Below are positions 1 through 9,629 of a stretch of 62,658 nt of DNA, piece by piece. The translations under genes and the position numbers were made by a program. The DNA is from a virus (taxonomy: Duplodnaviria; Caudoviricetes): IMG/VR virus record IMGVR_UViG_3300020201_000019, positions 1-62,658 of that record; one strand, 5' to 3'. Position 1 is the stretch's first letter, and each line of letters begins with the position of its first letter. Under the pieces are notes generated by a model. That model saw nothing but the letters and a program-made list of their open reading frames with translations. It searched no databases and was not told the DNA's origin.

Positions 1-1630
1 GGTCCGCTGGGGGTGGAGCTGCGCCTGGGGGAGCTGCGCCGGGTTGTGGCGGCATTCCAGTTGCTCCGGAGCCTGTATTTCCGGCACCAGCTGCCATAGC
101 GGCCTCTTCCACTAATGTATCCATGCTTTGCTCTTGCTGCATCCTCTTCTGCATTTTTGCTTGCTCTCGTGCATATATCATTTCCTCTTCTAGGAGCCGC
201 TTGTTCTCCTCCTCGTAGTCCAACCCTACAGACGACAATCCGGTCGACTTGCTGATTTGCTGGCCCATCATGAGCTGCAGCTTAGCCATCTGGCGATTCA
301 GGTCATCGGCATGTGTGACGCGCGTGAGTTTAACATTCGCCGGCTCCCACGATTTAACCTTTGCAATTCCGTGCGCTATATGACTTAGGAATCTATTAAG
401 GTTGTGCGGTAAATGCGCCCAGTTAGCCTCAAATACGCGTAACGCTGCCGGAGCCGCCTGCATAGTTAGAGTGCCGTTATACAGTTCAACGGGCATACCG
501 ATACTACGTAACAATGTATCAATACCCTGATCAATTAGATCTTTAGGCGCTAACTGAGAAGCATCACCACCAAGAGATTGATAATTGATTGGATAAGGTA
601 ATACATTCCAACGAGCCGGGTCTTTTCGTCGTGCGCGAATCATAGCCTGTACGCGCGCATTAAATCCACTTAGATTCACATTATGCACTGGATCATTAGT
701 TTGCGCATCACCGCCCCTAGGTGCTGGTGTGATCACACGGAATGGGATAATATAATCGAGTACGACGCCCTCGTTATAGCGTTGAAGCATCTGTACGTAC
801 CATGCTTGACGAAAATTAGCTAGAACTCGTGAAATGCCCCAACCACGATTACGCAAGCCAGCGAGGCCGTCTTCGCGCATATGGTAGATTACACCCCGAT
901 CAAACATTAAATTCTGCTCATTTTTAATAGCTTGGATGACTTCCCAACTTGCATACTGTAATTGGTGTAGTGTGCCTTTCTGGATCAGAGTTTTATAGTC
1001 TGCCGGTATTTTCCAAATATATCTAATTTCATCACTATACGGATCCCATAGAATATCGATTTCATGCGGATTCCATCGCTTAACTTTTACGCCGGTACCG
1101 CTAGCTACGCGCCGATCATTATGCCGCCATTGATCGCGTACGTGGCAGCTCGGGCATGTTGCGTTAAATGTGAAATTGTCCCACTTAAAGTTGAATCCGG
1201 GCGTGTCGTATACAATATCGAGCGGCGACTCATAAGCGCAGTGTGGGCAACTTAAATACCGCTTAAACGGTACATGTAAGCTGGTAAAACTATTCCCGTA
1301 AATAAGGTAATCCAGACCGACGCTGTATAAGGCGTTCTTTATCCCGATAGTATCCTCAAAAAATTCAAGATACTTATCTTTTTCTTCACTGCTTAGATCG
1401 CCTTTACCGGTGTCTATAATGTGTATATCTGTCAAGAAGTACGAGACGACGCGGCCAACAGCTTCTCGATATGTGCCGTTTGCGCACGCTATGAACTCGC
1501 ACCACCTTAGCGCTATGCCAATTGTTTCCGGCATAGACAACGATGCGATATCGCAGAATGGGTCTGGAAATCGATCATCCTGGTGCATACCGCCCTGCCG
1601 GCCACCGAAGTCGCCGTTATTGTTAGCCAT
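1..1630 (-). CDS. Phage portal protein, 3'-truncated by window edge, with CxxC...CxxC insertion
   Basis: Not in the ORF track; translated by hand from ATG at 1630 with no stop to the edge: MANNNGDFGG...FPDPFCD...LDYLIYGNSF...CPHC...CPSC...RWNPHEI...IYHMREDGLAG...GWGISRV...IGMPVEL, then a Gln/Glu- and Pro-rich tail. YGNxF, xYHx, GWGxS and GxPxxL motifs occur in portal-like order. Confidence 0.72.
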   Translation of the reverse strand, partial: MANNNGDFGGRQGGMHQDDRFPDPFCDIASLSMPETIGIALRWCEFIACANGTYREAVGRVVSYFLTDIHIIDTGKGDLSSEEKDKYLEFFEDTIGIKNALYSVGLDYLIYGNSFTSLHVPFKRYLSCPHCAYESPLDIVYDTPGFNFKWDNFTFNATCPSCHVRDQWRHNDRRVASGTGVKVKRWNPHEIDILWDPYSDEIRYIWKIPADYKTLIQKGTLHQLQYASWEVIQAIKNEQNLMFDRGVIYHMREDGLAGLRNRGWGISRVLANFRQAWYVQMLQRYNEGVVLDYIIPFRVITPAPRGGDAQTNDPVHNVNLSGFNARVQAMIRARRKDPARWNVLPYPINYQSLGGDASQLAPKDLIDQGIDTLLRSIGMPVELYNGTLTMQAAPAALRVFEANWAHLPHNLNRFLSHIAHGIAKVKSWEPANVKLTRVTHADDLNRQMAKLQLMMGQQISKSTGLSSVGLDYEEENKRLLEEEMIYAREQAKMQKRMQQEQSMDTLVEEAAMAAGAGNTGSGATGMPPQPGAAPPGAAPPPAD

Positions 1631-1640
1631 AATGCGCCCG

Positions 1641-1799
1641 CTATTTCAGTTGTTTATGTACGACGGCCGCAGCTTGTTTCCGAAAATCCGCATCTAATTG
1701 CGCGATTACAGGTTTTTGAGCCGGGTGTATCTTTTCGCCATTCTCGACAACATCGAGCTTGGGGGTGATATCTTCGCGGATGACGCCTAATTTTTCCAT
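1641..1799 (-). CDS. Small hypothetical protein (52 aa, MEKLGVIREDITPK...RKQAAAVVHKQLK)
   Basis: Hand-translated ATG-to-TAG ORF filling the gap between the 1802 gene and the portal. Confidence 0.6.
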   Translation of the reverse strand: MEKLGVIREDITPKLDVVENGEKIHPAQKPVIAQLDADFRKQAAAVVHKQLK

Positions 1800-1801
1800 A
1801 A

Positions 1802-2698
1802 TCAATTTTCCGCCATGACAGCCTTCTCAACAGCTAATATACAAAATTCTTTACCATCATAAACATACTGAAAACCCGTTGTTTGGACAAGATACAATCG
1901 CCTATCATTATTTATCTGTAATGCCCATGGGCGCTGATACGGGTCAGTTGACGGGGGGAACCATCTGGCGGCAGATTGACTATAACCTAGATTATACACA
2001 AGTACAATGAATCCTGTGCCTGTTAATGCGTCGTCGTCAAAGTTGACATCAACGATAACATCATGAAAAAAGGCCGGGACTGTGCCTATACCCTCTTTTT
2101 CAAAATATAGCAGTTTGTCTGGGGCGGTGGCTGGGGCGGCGAGAGCGCCACCGGCTAGCCCCGTAGCGTGCCCCCTGGCGGCCGGTTTGAGGCCGAAGGC
2201 CGCCATGGGGCTATAACCGCGGTCGGCCGTCGGAGGGGCACTAGCGTTGTCGTAGTCGGATGGGTCACTATTGTCAGCGTGACCGCCGGAAGGGCGCTGT
2301 GTCGTGGTTAGAGCTGGCCGCTGCTCAACCTTATTTTTAGCGACTATGCCGGAATTAGCGAGTTTTGCGAGTTCTTCAAATGCCACAGCTGCGCGCTCCC
2401 GTATATCAGAAATATCATTACCTGGAATCTTATTTTTTGCTAGCGCTATTGCCTGTAATACCGCCTCTTTGGTGAAGGCAGATAACGGTAGAGTACTACC
2501 ACGACCAGTATTATCTGGATCAAGTGTAATTACTAGAGCATTTTTATCGTGCGGATTAAAGTTGATAGGTAAGCCATCTGGCGCTGAGGGCGCAACAATC
2601 ACGCCTTTAAGCCCGTGAAATCGACCACGCCCGATTGCGTCAGCCACAGTCCGCCCGCCTTCGAGCATTTCCTTAGACGGATCTTTATAATTAGCCAT
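1802..2698 (-). CDS. Hypothetical protein (298 aa)
   Basis: Long ORF, GGAG RBS, co-oriented with portal. Confidence 0.75.
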   Translation of the reverse strand: MANYKDPSKEMLEGGRTVADAIGRGRFHGLKGVIVAPSAPDGLPINFNPHDKNALVITLDPDNTGRGSTLPLSAFTKEAVLQAIALAKNKIPGNDISDIRERAAVAFEELAKLANSGIVAKNKVEQRPALTTTQRPSGGHADNSDPSDYDNASAPPTADRGYSPMAAFGLKPAARGHATGLAGGALAAPATAPDKLLYFEKEGIGTVPAFFHDVIVDVNFDDDALTGTGFIVLVYNLGYSQSAARWFPPSTDPYQRPWALQINNDRRLYLVQTTGFQYVYDGKEFCILAVEKAVMAEN

Positions 2699-2719
2699 AA
2701 GACCTACTCTCCAATAGTT

Positions 2720-2757
2720 AAAAAAAGGGCGGGGCGCCTTTAGGGCGCCCCACCTTT
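2720..2757 (-). terminator. Rho-independent terminator
   Basis: Minus strand GGGGCGCC-CTAAA-GGCGCCCC stem-loop followed by GCCC and a 7-T run, overlapping the stop of the 2740 ORF. Confidence 0.75.
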
Positions 2758-3039
2758 GAATGCCGCGGCATCCAGTGAATCACAAATCACATACAGATCA
2801 TCTTTTTTTACATGGAAAAAGAGACGGCCTAATGGTAGGCCTGATCCGCAAGCTATTGTTAATTGTTCGGGGGTAGTTATGACTTCCGCATAACAACTCC
2901 CGTTCAATAATTGACCCACGACTAAACCCTTTGTATCATCCGCTGGAAATGTCGGCAAGACATTTGGTTCGGCGTCCCGGGAGAGAAGCCAACTTAAAGC
3001 GGATACACGTTTAGGTTTTAGAAGATGCCGCATATTCAT
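2740..3039 (-). CDS. Hypothetical protein (99 aa)
   Basis: ORF in tight operon, ends in terminator. Confidence 0.7.
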   Translation of the reverse strand: MNMRHLLKPKRVSALSWLLSRDAEPNVLPTFPADDTKGLVVGQLLNGSCYAEVITTPEQLTIACGSGLPLGRLFFHVKKDDLYVICDSLDAAAFKGGAP

Positions 3040-3045
3040 GATTTA

Positions 3046-4437
3046 TTATCCCGCACAATTCTCGCGTATTGTTTGCGCGCACTGAACAACATGATCAGCC
3101 AAGTCGCCTGGTTCCAGCTCTTGGTTGATCTCGTCCAATTCCTCTGTCCATACAGGTGCCTGACTCTTAACCAGGTCGGCCTGTGTTGGCCAGAAACTCC
3201 CGATCGCGTACGACGGCAGCGTGTTTAGCGCAGCTGCGTCCACGATCTGGATCTTCGCATATGCCCCTACGCGGAGGGGCTCCTTCGGATTTAGAGCTGC
3301 GGTGATCAGCTCATCATCCCGCACATACTCGCGCACCGCTGCCCCCATGGGAAACGTACTACGCATCGCCCGAGCAACCGCTTCTGGATCCTCGGCAATA
3401 ACCTGGTTGATGATGCGTGACACTGGAAGCGGTGCCTCCGGAGCCATGAGCGCATCAAGCAGGTCAGAGTCAGAAACCAGTTCTGGAAGAGGTACACTGG
3501 TACGCATGGCAGCGAGTAGCTTATTGTATAGCTCTTCGTCGGCCAGGTCCGCCCAATTCCCCTCCAGATTATAGTCGGCGAGGATTTTCCTCGCCGGATT
3601 AGCGGCTTTGAGAACTTTACGAATTGGGTTCGGAAGCGGGGCTCCGAGCAAATCCGTAAAATCTTCATAGGCGCGCTGCTCTAGAAAAGCCCGCTTCAGA
3701 TCGGCATCAAGGACGATCGCCGCATCAACGAACCTCGTACCTTGGGACACGATCTCGGCTTCCGCCACAAGTCGATTACGGTACGGCTCACGGAATCCTT
3801 CCGGGAACTGATCCGCAATCGCATCTACCTTTTTGGGGTCTATCGGCAAACGATTACTCGTCAGCAGACAGACAAGCTTTGGCAACGAAAGATGCTCGAC
3901 ATCGTTGTCGACGCTCGCTACCAATGCTTGTAGACAGTTATTGGCCGCCGTAAATAGCACATGTCGTGCCTTGGAGTCCAATACCTGCCCAATCGCCCCA
4001 GCCCCAGGCTCCTGCATGAAATTGTATGAGCACAGGAAGTGCTCATTTCCGCGTACATCGCCATTCGAGTATTTGAGCTTACCGCTCACTTCATCGTAAC
4101 GGCTTGTTGCGCCATACAGGTTCAACATCGGTTCTCCGTCGCTACCGCGCGTAGCGGTCAATAGCACGAAAAACGGACGTTGAGACCACTGCTTCTCCCA
4201 ATGCAAAGGCCGAAACTGGTCTATGCTATGGGCGCAGCCTGGACCGGGCAGCACAAGAAGCGCACCCCGGCCAACCAGGCAGTCGGCATAACGAAGAAAA
4301 TCCTCACGCAAGTCAAGATACCGACACAGCTGACGCTGCGACTTATCTCCTGGCTTGAAATTATCACGGCGACGATCTCCGCCTTTTCGCGTATGCGCCG
4401 TGTAAGGATTCCCGCCGCTGACATGTCGACCTTTCAT
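3046..4437 (-). CDS. Hypothetical protein with internal duplicated segment (AMR...D.ELL.A...P..PL.V twice)
   Basis: Long ORF; start reassigned to MKGRH behind AAAGGAG RBS. Confidence 0.75.
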   Translation of the reverse strand: MKGRHVSGGNPYTAHTRKGGDRRRDNFKPGDKSQRQLCRYLDLREDFLRYADCLVGRGALLVLPGPGCAHSIDQFRPLHWEKQWSQRPFFVLLTATRGSDGEPMLNLYGATSRYDEVSGKLKYSNGDVRGNEHFLCSYNFMQEPGAGAIGQVLDSKARHVLFTAANNCLQALVASVDNDVEHLSLPKLVCLLTSNRLPIDPKKVDAIADQFPEGFREPYRNRLVAEAEIVSQGTRFVDAAIVLDADLKRAFLEQRAYEDFTDLLGAPLPNPIRKVLKAANPARKILADYNLEGNWADLADEELYNKLLAAMRTSVPLPELVSDSDLLDALMAPEAPLPVSRIINQVIAEDPEAVARAMRSTFPMGAAVREYVRDDELITAALNPKEPLRVGAYAKIQIVDAAALNTLPSYAIGSFWPTQADLVKSQAPVWTEELDEINQELEPGDLADHVVQCAQTIRENCAG

Positions 4438-4442
4438 ATCTA

Positions 4443-4715
4443 CTACTCCTTTGGTTCCGCGTACTGGCAGTACTCGCTCCAATTTCTGAGAACATGGGCG
4501 CGCCGCCCATGTAGTCTTGGAACGAGCATTACCCTAGAAAACGACCTCCAGTCATTCTCTGTGACCACTATGGTCTCCGGGTTTCCCCGGTTACGCGCCT
4601 GATCATAAAGCATTAGCTCTAGTTGACCAGATGCAATTTTTCTCTGCGAAAGAACAGGAACATCGCGGAATACGACGCAGCTGAAACTAGTCGCTGGACT
4701 AAGTGTTGCCATCAA
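4443..4715 (-). CDS. Hypothetical protein (90 aa)
   Basis: GGAGG RBS upstream; fills gap. Confidence 0.6.
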   Translation of the reverse strand: MMATLSPATSFSCVVFRDVPVLSQRKIASGQLELMLYDQARNRGNPETIVVTENDWRSFSRVMLVPRLHGRRAHVLRNWSEYCQYAEPKE

Positions 4716-4790
4716 GTCATGCAGCCTCCAGTGGGCATTACGCCCGTGTAAGTATTCATTACCCCGTAACGGCAGTGAGACAGAGCAATG

Positions 4791-4805
4791 AATATGCCAG
4801 GATTT
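4791..4805 (-). promoter_or_regulatory. Candidate phage promoter/operator AAATCCTGGCATATT (copy 1)
   Basis: Exact 15-mer repeated at 61725..61739; both copies intergenic and upstream of minus-strand genes. Confidence 0.5.
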
Positions 4806-4815
4806 TGCCGATTAT

Positions 4816-5274
4816 TTAGCTATCAGGATCAGGTAGCGCAAAATCAAAATTATCGAAACCGGCAGCGTCACCGCCACTATCGAAAAAGTCGTCTGCTTTA
4901 CCGGAGATAGGTTTATGCTCAGATTGTGTGTGGATTTCAGGTGGAGACGCTAGATGAATTGCATCAACCCCTAAGTACCCTGTATCATCTGGTTCTAACG
5001 CGTGATCGTCAATCGCGAATAGTGGTTGCGGGCCCCAGGGCGTGAGTAGATGCCTGAATGGTGGTTTTGAAATCTGTAACTGGTGCCCCGAAAATGCGAA
5101 TACAGATACGTCGTGATTTACTAGCGCGGCAATACGCTCAGTGATTTCTCCGAGCGTATCGTGTGTTTCTCGGTTTAAATCGCCGTCTGGGTGCAGTACT
5201 ACCAGATAAAATTTTACAGGCGGCATTGTATCCGTTGGTGGGTGCGGCTCTGGCGGTTCTTTCTTTTTAGTCAT
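4816..5274 (-). CDS. Hypothetical protein, acidic C-terminus
   Basis: 152-aa ORF, ATGA-type overlap with upstream gene. Confidence 0.7.
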   Translation of the reverse strand: MTKKKEPPEPHPPTDTMPPVKFYLVVLHPDGDLNRETHDTLGEITERIAALVNHDVSVFAFSGHQLQISKPPFRHLLTPWGPQPLFAIDDHALEPDDTGYLGVDAIHLASPPEIHTQSEHKPISGKADDFFDSGGDAAGFDNFDFALPDPDS

Positions 5275-5897
5275 TTATCGCCCTTTAGTTCGCGAAATAC
5301 GGCACCTAGGTCTACGGATGGCGCAGGCTTGATATGAGATAGGCCGTGTGTTTCATTTCTATGTACTGTCGTAACGAATGGCGGGTAACCGCGTGTTGGC
5401 GCTAAGTGCGCGATATAGTCATTATGTAGCACCCCGAATACAGTTGTAGGAATTACACTATCCAGCGTAATCGCGAATGGGTCGGGCACACGGAGCTGGT
5501 ACTGAACAGAACGCGCAAAGAAATTATCTGGACCGGCTATACCGATTGCACCTAGAAAATTAAAACAATCTTCGGACATAATTTTTGGTATGGCGTATAT
5601 GCGCCTATTCCAGTCAATACGCTGCCCTTCGTGCATTGTGATAGGGATGCCGGCGAAGAATGGTGGCGAATCTGGACTGAGCGCTACACAAAATGGCTGC
5701 TGATCTGTTTGGACATTAAACCGCGCGACAAAGTCCCTAAGCGGATCTAAATGTAATCGCCCGTGTGTGATCAGCAATGCGTACGTAAAGCATACGACAT
5801 CCGGGCGTCGCTCATGTAGTGCGGCTAAGCACGATACCCGCGCGATTGGAGCGGAGTCAGTTATAGCGGCTAGTTGGCCTAATGCGTATTCGCTCAT
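5271..5897 (-). CDS. Hypothetical protein (208 aa)
   Basis: ORF translationally coupled to the resolvase gene. Confidence 0.7.
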   Translation of the reverse strand: MSEYALGQLAAITDSAPIARVSCLAALHERRPDVVCFTYALLITHGRLHLDPLRDFVARFNVQTDQQPFCVALSPDSPPFFAGIPITMHEGQRIDWNRRIYAIPKIMSEDCFNFLGAIGIAGPDNFFARSVQYQLRVPDPFAITLDSVIPTTVFGVLHNDYIAHLAPTRGYPPFVTTVHRNETHGLSHIKPAPSVDLGAVFRELKGDK

Positions 5898-6538
5898 GTT
5901 GTTTTCTTTACGTGCGGTACACTGGCCATTATCTGCTGTAGCAACATTAATAATACAAATGCCGCGTCGACTACATTATCTACGCCATCGGTTTTATACT
6001 TCGCCGCATCGAAAGCTGTGTTTAGTGTTTTGTTGGCTGCGGCTATCATATCTTCTTTACTAGCGCGGCCGTTTCCCGTTGCAAATTTCTTGATCGTAGA
6101 TATACCGAAACCGAAAGCCGGCAAGCTAGCTTCTTGCGCCCACGTGGCCACTGTGACCTTCATACCGCCTAGTACCTCTGACGCTTTAGCTACCCGCGCT
6201 AATACGGCCGGTATACCGAATTTCTTGTTTACAAAGAACTCTTTCGGTGGCGAGTATTTAACGTCCTCATATGCTATAGCGTCTGGGTTTACTGCATTTA
6301 GAAATGCCCGTAAGCGCACAAAACGACTAGCCCCAGAATCTAATCCACTACAAGACAAGTCCCACTGATACAAATGTACATTCTCTTGTAGCATCTTTTT
6401 TCCGGGAATAAAATCATAAATAGCCACGCCACAGCTACTGCCGAGATCTAGGCCTATACAGCGTATTGCGCCAGCCACAAGCTTTGGGATTTTATCGATA
6501 AATATGGTTGGGTCTTTATGGAGCCGGTATTTAGGCAT
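5894..6538 (-). CDS. ruvC: RuvC-like Holliday junction resolvase
   Basis: IGLDLG, IAYED, IKKFATGNGRASKEDM and DNVVDA motifs give the RuvC acidic tetrad. Confidence 0.88.
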   Translation of the reverse strand: MPKYRLHKDPTIFIDKIPKLVAGAIRCIGLDLGSSCGVAIYDFIPGKKMLQENVHLYQWDLSCSGLDSGASRFVRLRAFLNAVNPDAIAYEDVKYSPPKEFFVNKKFGIPAVLARVAKASEVLGGMKVTVATWAQEASLPAFGFGISTIKKFATGNGRASKEDMIAAANKTLNTAFDAAKYKTDGVDNVVDAAFVLLMLLQQIMASVPHVKKTT

Positions 6539-6540
6539 TG

Positions 6541-7221
6541 TTAATTCCTGCTAGACAAACCGCACGTGCGTGCAAGATAACCTATAAACGCGCTAATGGC
6601 TATATTAGTAGTTGATTTTGGCGCTTTAACTTTACGGGCCGCTTCTTGCTCAAGTATTTCAGCTAATTCTTGGCGTAACTTACTGCACTCTTGTCCGAGT
6701 ATATTACATCGGCAGCTTAGCAGATCATTACGCGCCTGTAATGTTTCAAGTATCGGAGACGTACGCTCTAGCGCGGCATTAGTGGCAAATTTATGCGCAC
6801 TAGCGGCGAAGTCGATCATAGCTGTGTCGGCGGCCGATGGTTCGCCTATTACTGTGACATCGCGTACGGCTTTAAACCACGCGGCACATACTACATAGCC
6901 AATTGTGGCAAATAAGAACTGCCTGACGGAGTAACGAATATCGTAATAATCTCGCCGCGATAATGCCTGCTCGAGCGAAGTAACCGGATCGGCTGCGCTA
7001 ATGAAGTCTCGTTGCGCCCTGGCTAGTACCTCCGCCGCCGCACCTAATTCCGCTGAAGTAATATTGTGTTCTGCCTTCCAGCGTGTTGCTTCCTCGCTAA
7101 TATCGTTGCAGTCAAGCTTTTCGATCGCAGACCGCATTAGTGTCGGCGTGATATAGGCGTAGTCGCGCTCGGGGTGATATAGCGGTCCGGTCTCGCCTCT
7201 CGGCTTAAATCCAATTCCCAT
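6541..7221 (-). CDS. Hypothetical protein (226 aa, coiled-coil C-terminus)
   Basis: ORF with AGGA RBS. Confidence 0.7.
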   Translation of the reverse strand: MGIGFKPRGETGPLYHPERDYAYITPTLMRSAIEKLDCNDISEEATRWKAEHNITSAELGAAAEVLARAQRDFISAADPVTSLEQALSRRDYYDIRYSVRQFLFATIGYVVCAAWFKAVRDVTVIGEPSAADTAMIDFAASAHKFATNAALERTSPILETLQARNDLLSCRCNILGQECSKLRQELAEILEQEAARKVKAPKSTTNIAISAFIGYLARTCGLSSRN

Positions 7222-7288
7222 GACGGTCCTCTTTTAAACTAGTACTCTTAGTTACGCTAAACGCCCGTTGGGTACAGACCGCTCGGGC

Positions 7289-8164
7289 TTAGGCGTTGCT
7301 GGCAGCTTGTTTTATTGCCTCGGTCGCTAAACACGATAAACATAATTCAACACTACGCGCCGGGCTGAAGAATTGTTCCTTAGAGCAAGATGCGCACATT
7401 CGCTGCTCTAAGCCTATAGGAAACACAGACGCCGGGCAATCCGCATAACCGAATACGCACTGCTCGCATTGGTGGGTGAAGTCTTGTGGGCATAAAGCCG
7501 TTCGGGTTCGTATGGCTAATATGGCTTTGTTCCATTTACGCATAGACGCGGTACAAGTCACATGCTGAAATTGTGGCGTTTCCTCACTCTTCTCGACGTC
7601 TATCTCGACGAGCATGCGCAAATTAGCGAAATACAAAGCATTGGTAAATGGCATTGCGTGCGAGAATCCAACGCTATACGCGATAGCTGCGCAACTACCT
7701 TTCGATATAAACTGATCAAACTCAATCGCGCATGACGAGCCGGCCAATACCCGACACTTGAAATTATATCCAGATCTACGCCCGCGTGTTGCCGCATATA
7801 CGTGCGTTACCTGCACAGGCACCCACTCATTTTCCGATTGCTTTGTCCATGGCAATACCGGATTACCGCTGATCAACATATCGATATTGCCGGCGAGACG
7901 CCAAGAAAAATTATGTGCATCTTGCTGCGATAGCGTTATACCCGCCAAAGACCGCGCTGATTCAAAAAATGCATCATGCGAAATCGTTGCTGGTAATGCT
8001 CTCGAAGCGTCAGCCACCATATCCCGAAACGTCTGCCCCGACAATGTCGACGTGATGAACGGCTTAAGTGCTAGGTACAACTTCTTGCGCTGGCGGCGAA
8101 TCTGCGTTAGGTTGAATCGCTTTTTCATCTTCTTTAATTTCTGGTGTACTTGGATTGCTGGCAT
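7289..8164 (-). CDS. Hypothetical protein with Cys-rich, putative Zn-binding C-terminus
   Basis: CPQDFTHQCEQC...C...CASC...CLSC; true start may be the internal MKKRF. Confidence 0.7.
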   Translation of the reverse strand: MPAIQVHQKLKKMKKRFNLTQIRRQRKKLYLALKPFITSTLSGQTFRDMVADASRALPATISHDAFFESARSLAGITLSQQDAHNFSWRLAGNIDMLISGNPVLPWTKQSENEWVPVQVTHVYAATRGRRSGYNFKCRVLAGSSCAIEFDQFISKGSCAAIAYSVGFSHAMPFTNALYFANLRMLVEIDVEKSEETPQFQHVTCTASMRKWNKAILAIRTRTALCPQDFTHQCEQCVFGYADCPASVFPIGLEQRMCASCSKEQFFSPARSVELCLSCLATEAIKQAASNA

Positions 8165-8639
8165 TTAACGCTTGTTGGATTGATTGCTGTACGCCAAGAG
8201 CAACATGTGTAATTAGGGCTAGTTCTTGATGCATGCGCTCAATCAATGTACGAAGCGCTACAGAAAGCATTTGAGATACCTCACCAATGCCGCGGACTGT
8301 GTCCAAGGTAGTAGAGTAGTCTACGGAATTAACCGAGAAATTAAGCGTGACTGACGCGATTTGTACATTATCCGGCAAAACATTACCCTGAGCTAATCCG
8401 TTTAATGGGCGAGCTAATTCCCGTAATACGGAGTATTGCTCGTATAGCTCGTTAAATTTATTACCAGCGTGTTTTAATGCTGCAGCTGGTTTTTCCACGA
8501 CTATGGTTGACGTAGATTCCTCTCCTGGCGCTGAACTAGGGCCAGGTAAAAATTTAGCTACATTTTGCTGTTGTGACAGCATAGAACCTAACGCCTTTAA
8601 TGTAGCTGGGTCACTGACTTTAATGGGGAGTACCGTCAT
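8064..8639 (-). CDS. Hypothetical protein (191 aa)
   Basis: ORF with AAGGA RBS in operon. Confidence 0.7.
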   Translation of the reverse strand: MTVLPIKVSDPATLKALGSMLSQQQNVAKFLPGPSSAPGEESTSTIVVEKPAAALKHAGNKFNELYEQYSVLRELARPLNGLAQGNVLPDNVQIASVTLNFSVNSVDYSTTLDTVRGIGEVSQMLSVALRTLIERMHQELALITHVALGVQQSIQQALNASNPSTPEIKEDEKAIQPNADSPPAQEVVPST

Positions 8640-8642
8640 TAG

Positions 8643-9053
8643 TTATCCTTTTTCTATTGCCATTGCGAAACCAATCCAACAAATCATGTAATCTGCATTT
8701 CCTGCGGCATCATATACGAGCTCCACGGGATCGCCAGTAACGATGTGTAGATACTCTATTGTATGCGAGACATGTCCGACAATGGACAAGCCGAGTTGCA
8801 GCATAAACGCTAAGGCCAGATCAGCCTTAGCGTTCAGTTTGTACTGAAATAACGGTATACGTACGTATTCATCCGCACCGGTATTTAACCATAGCGGTAC
8901 ATTACCAGGTAAATGTGGCGCCTGCAATACTCGCCAATAACGCTTACTGCGCGGTTCAACTAGCGCGGGCATAAACGTTGATCCGATAGGCCAGGTAGAT
9001 CTAGTTTTAACTATATCTAGCCTGGAGAGCTTAATCTTCATTAACTGCCCCAT
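8643..9053 (-). CDS. Hypothetical protein (136 aa)
   Basis: ORF in coupled operon. Confidence 0.7.
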   Translation of the reverse strand: MGQLMKIKLSRLDIVKTRSTWPIGSTFMPALVEPRSKRYWRVLQAPHLPGNVPLWLNTGADEYVRIPLFQYKLNAKADLALAFMLQLGLSIVGHVSHTIEYLHIVTGDPVELVYDAAGNADYMICWIGFAMAIEKG

Positions 9054-9609
9054 AGTGCAGTTCTACCGGTTTAGTTGGCGTCGATACGGCTACCGCGATG
9101 GGTAATACGACTATACCCTCTTTAGCTGCCCGTAGTATCCTAACAATACCATCTACATCAGATTTTGAGTACTTGCCTGCAATAAGTTTAGTGATACCGG
9201 TTACGAATTTATCTCTGATCGATATGGTGGCAAATGAGAAACGCGCCGAAAATCGGGTAACTGTTTCGCCTACTTGCTCGGACGCGGCGTCGTTTCTAGT
9301 CCATGCGCCGGTAGGTGTTTCTCGCGTATATATGATGCTTAGCCGCCCATACTGGTCGTATACCAGTAAGAATAAATTGTCTGATAGCTCTGGCACCATG
9401 GAAAATATATGCGGATGCTGTGAGGTTGCCACTAGCGGTAGTTCGCCAGCATTGGACATATTAACCACAACACGCTCAAATGCGACGTAAAAGGTTCTTG
9501 CTTGCCGCTTACCTAGTTCATCGCGACTGCCGTATGTGCGTACGAGCCCTACTTCAAGCGCGTTAACGCCTGGCTCAATCACAGTGGGAACATTCTTACA
9601 AAACAACAT
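9031..9609 (-). CDS. Hypothetical protein (192 aa)
   Basis: ORF with AAGGA RBS. Confidence 0.7.
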   Translation of the reverse strand: MLFCKNVPTVIEPGVNALEVGLVRTYGSRDELGKRQARTFYVAFERVVVNMSNAGELPLVATSQHPHIFSMVPELSDNLFLLVYDQYGRLSIIYTRETPTGAWTRNDAASEQVGETVTRFSARFSFATISIRDKFVTGITKLIAGKYSKSDVDGIVRILRAAKEGIVVLPIAVAVSTPTKPVELHYGAVNED

Positions 9610-9629
9610 ACAATTTCCTTTTATTTAGG

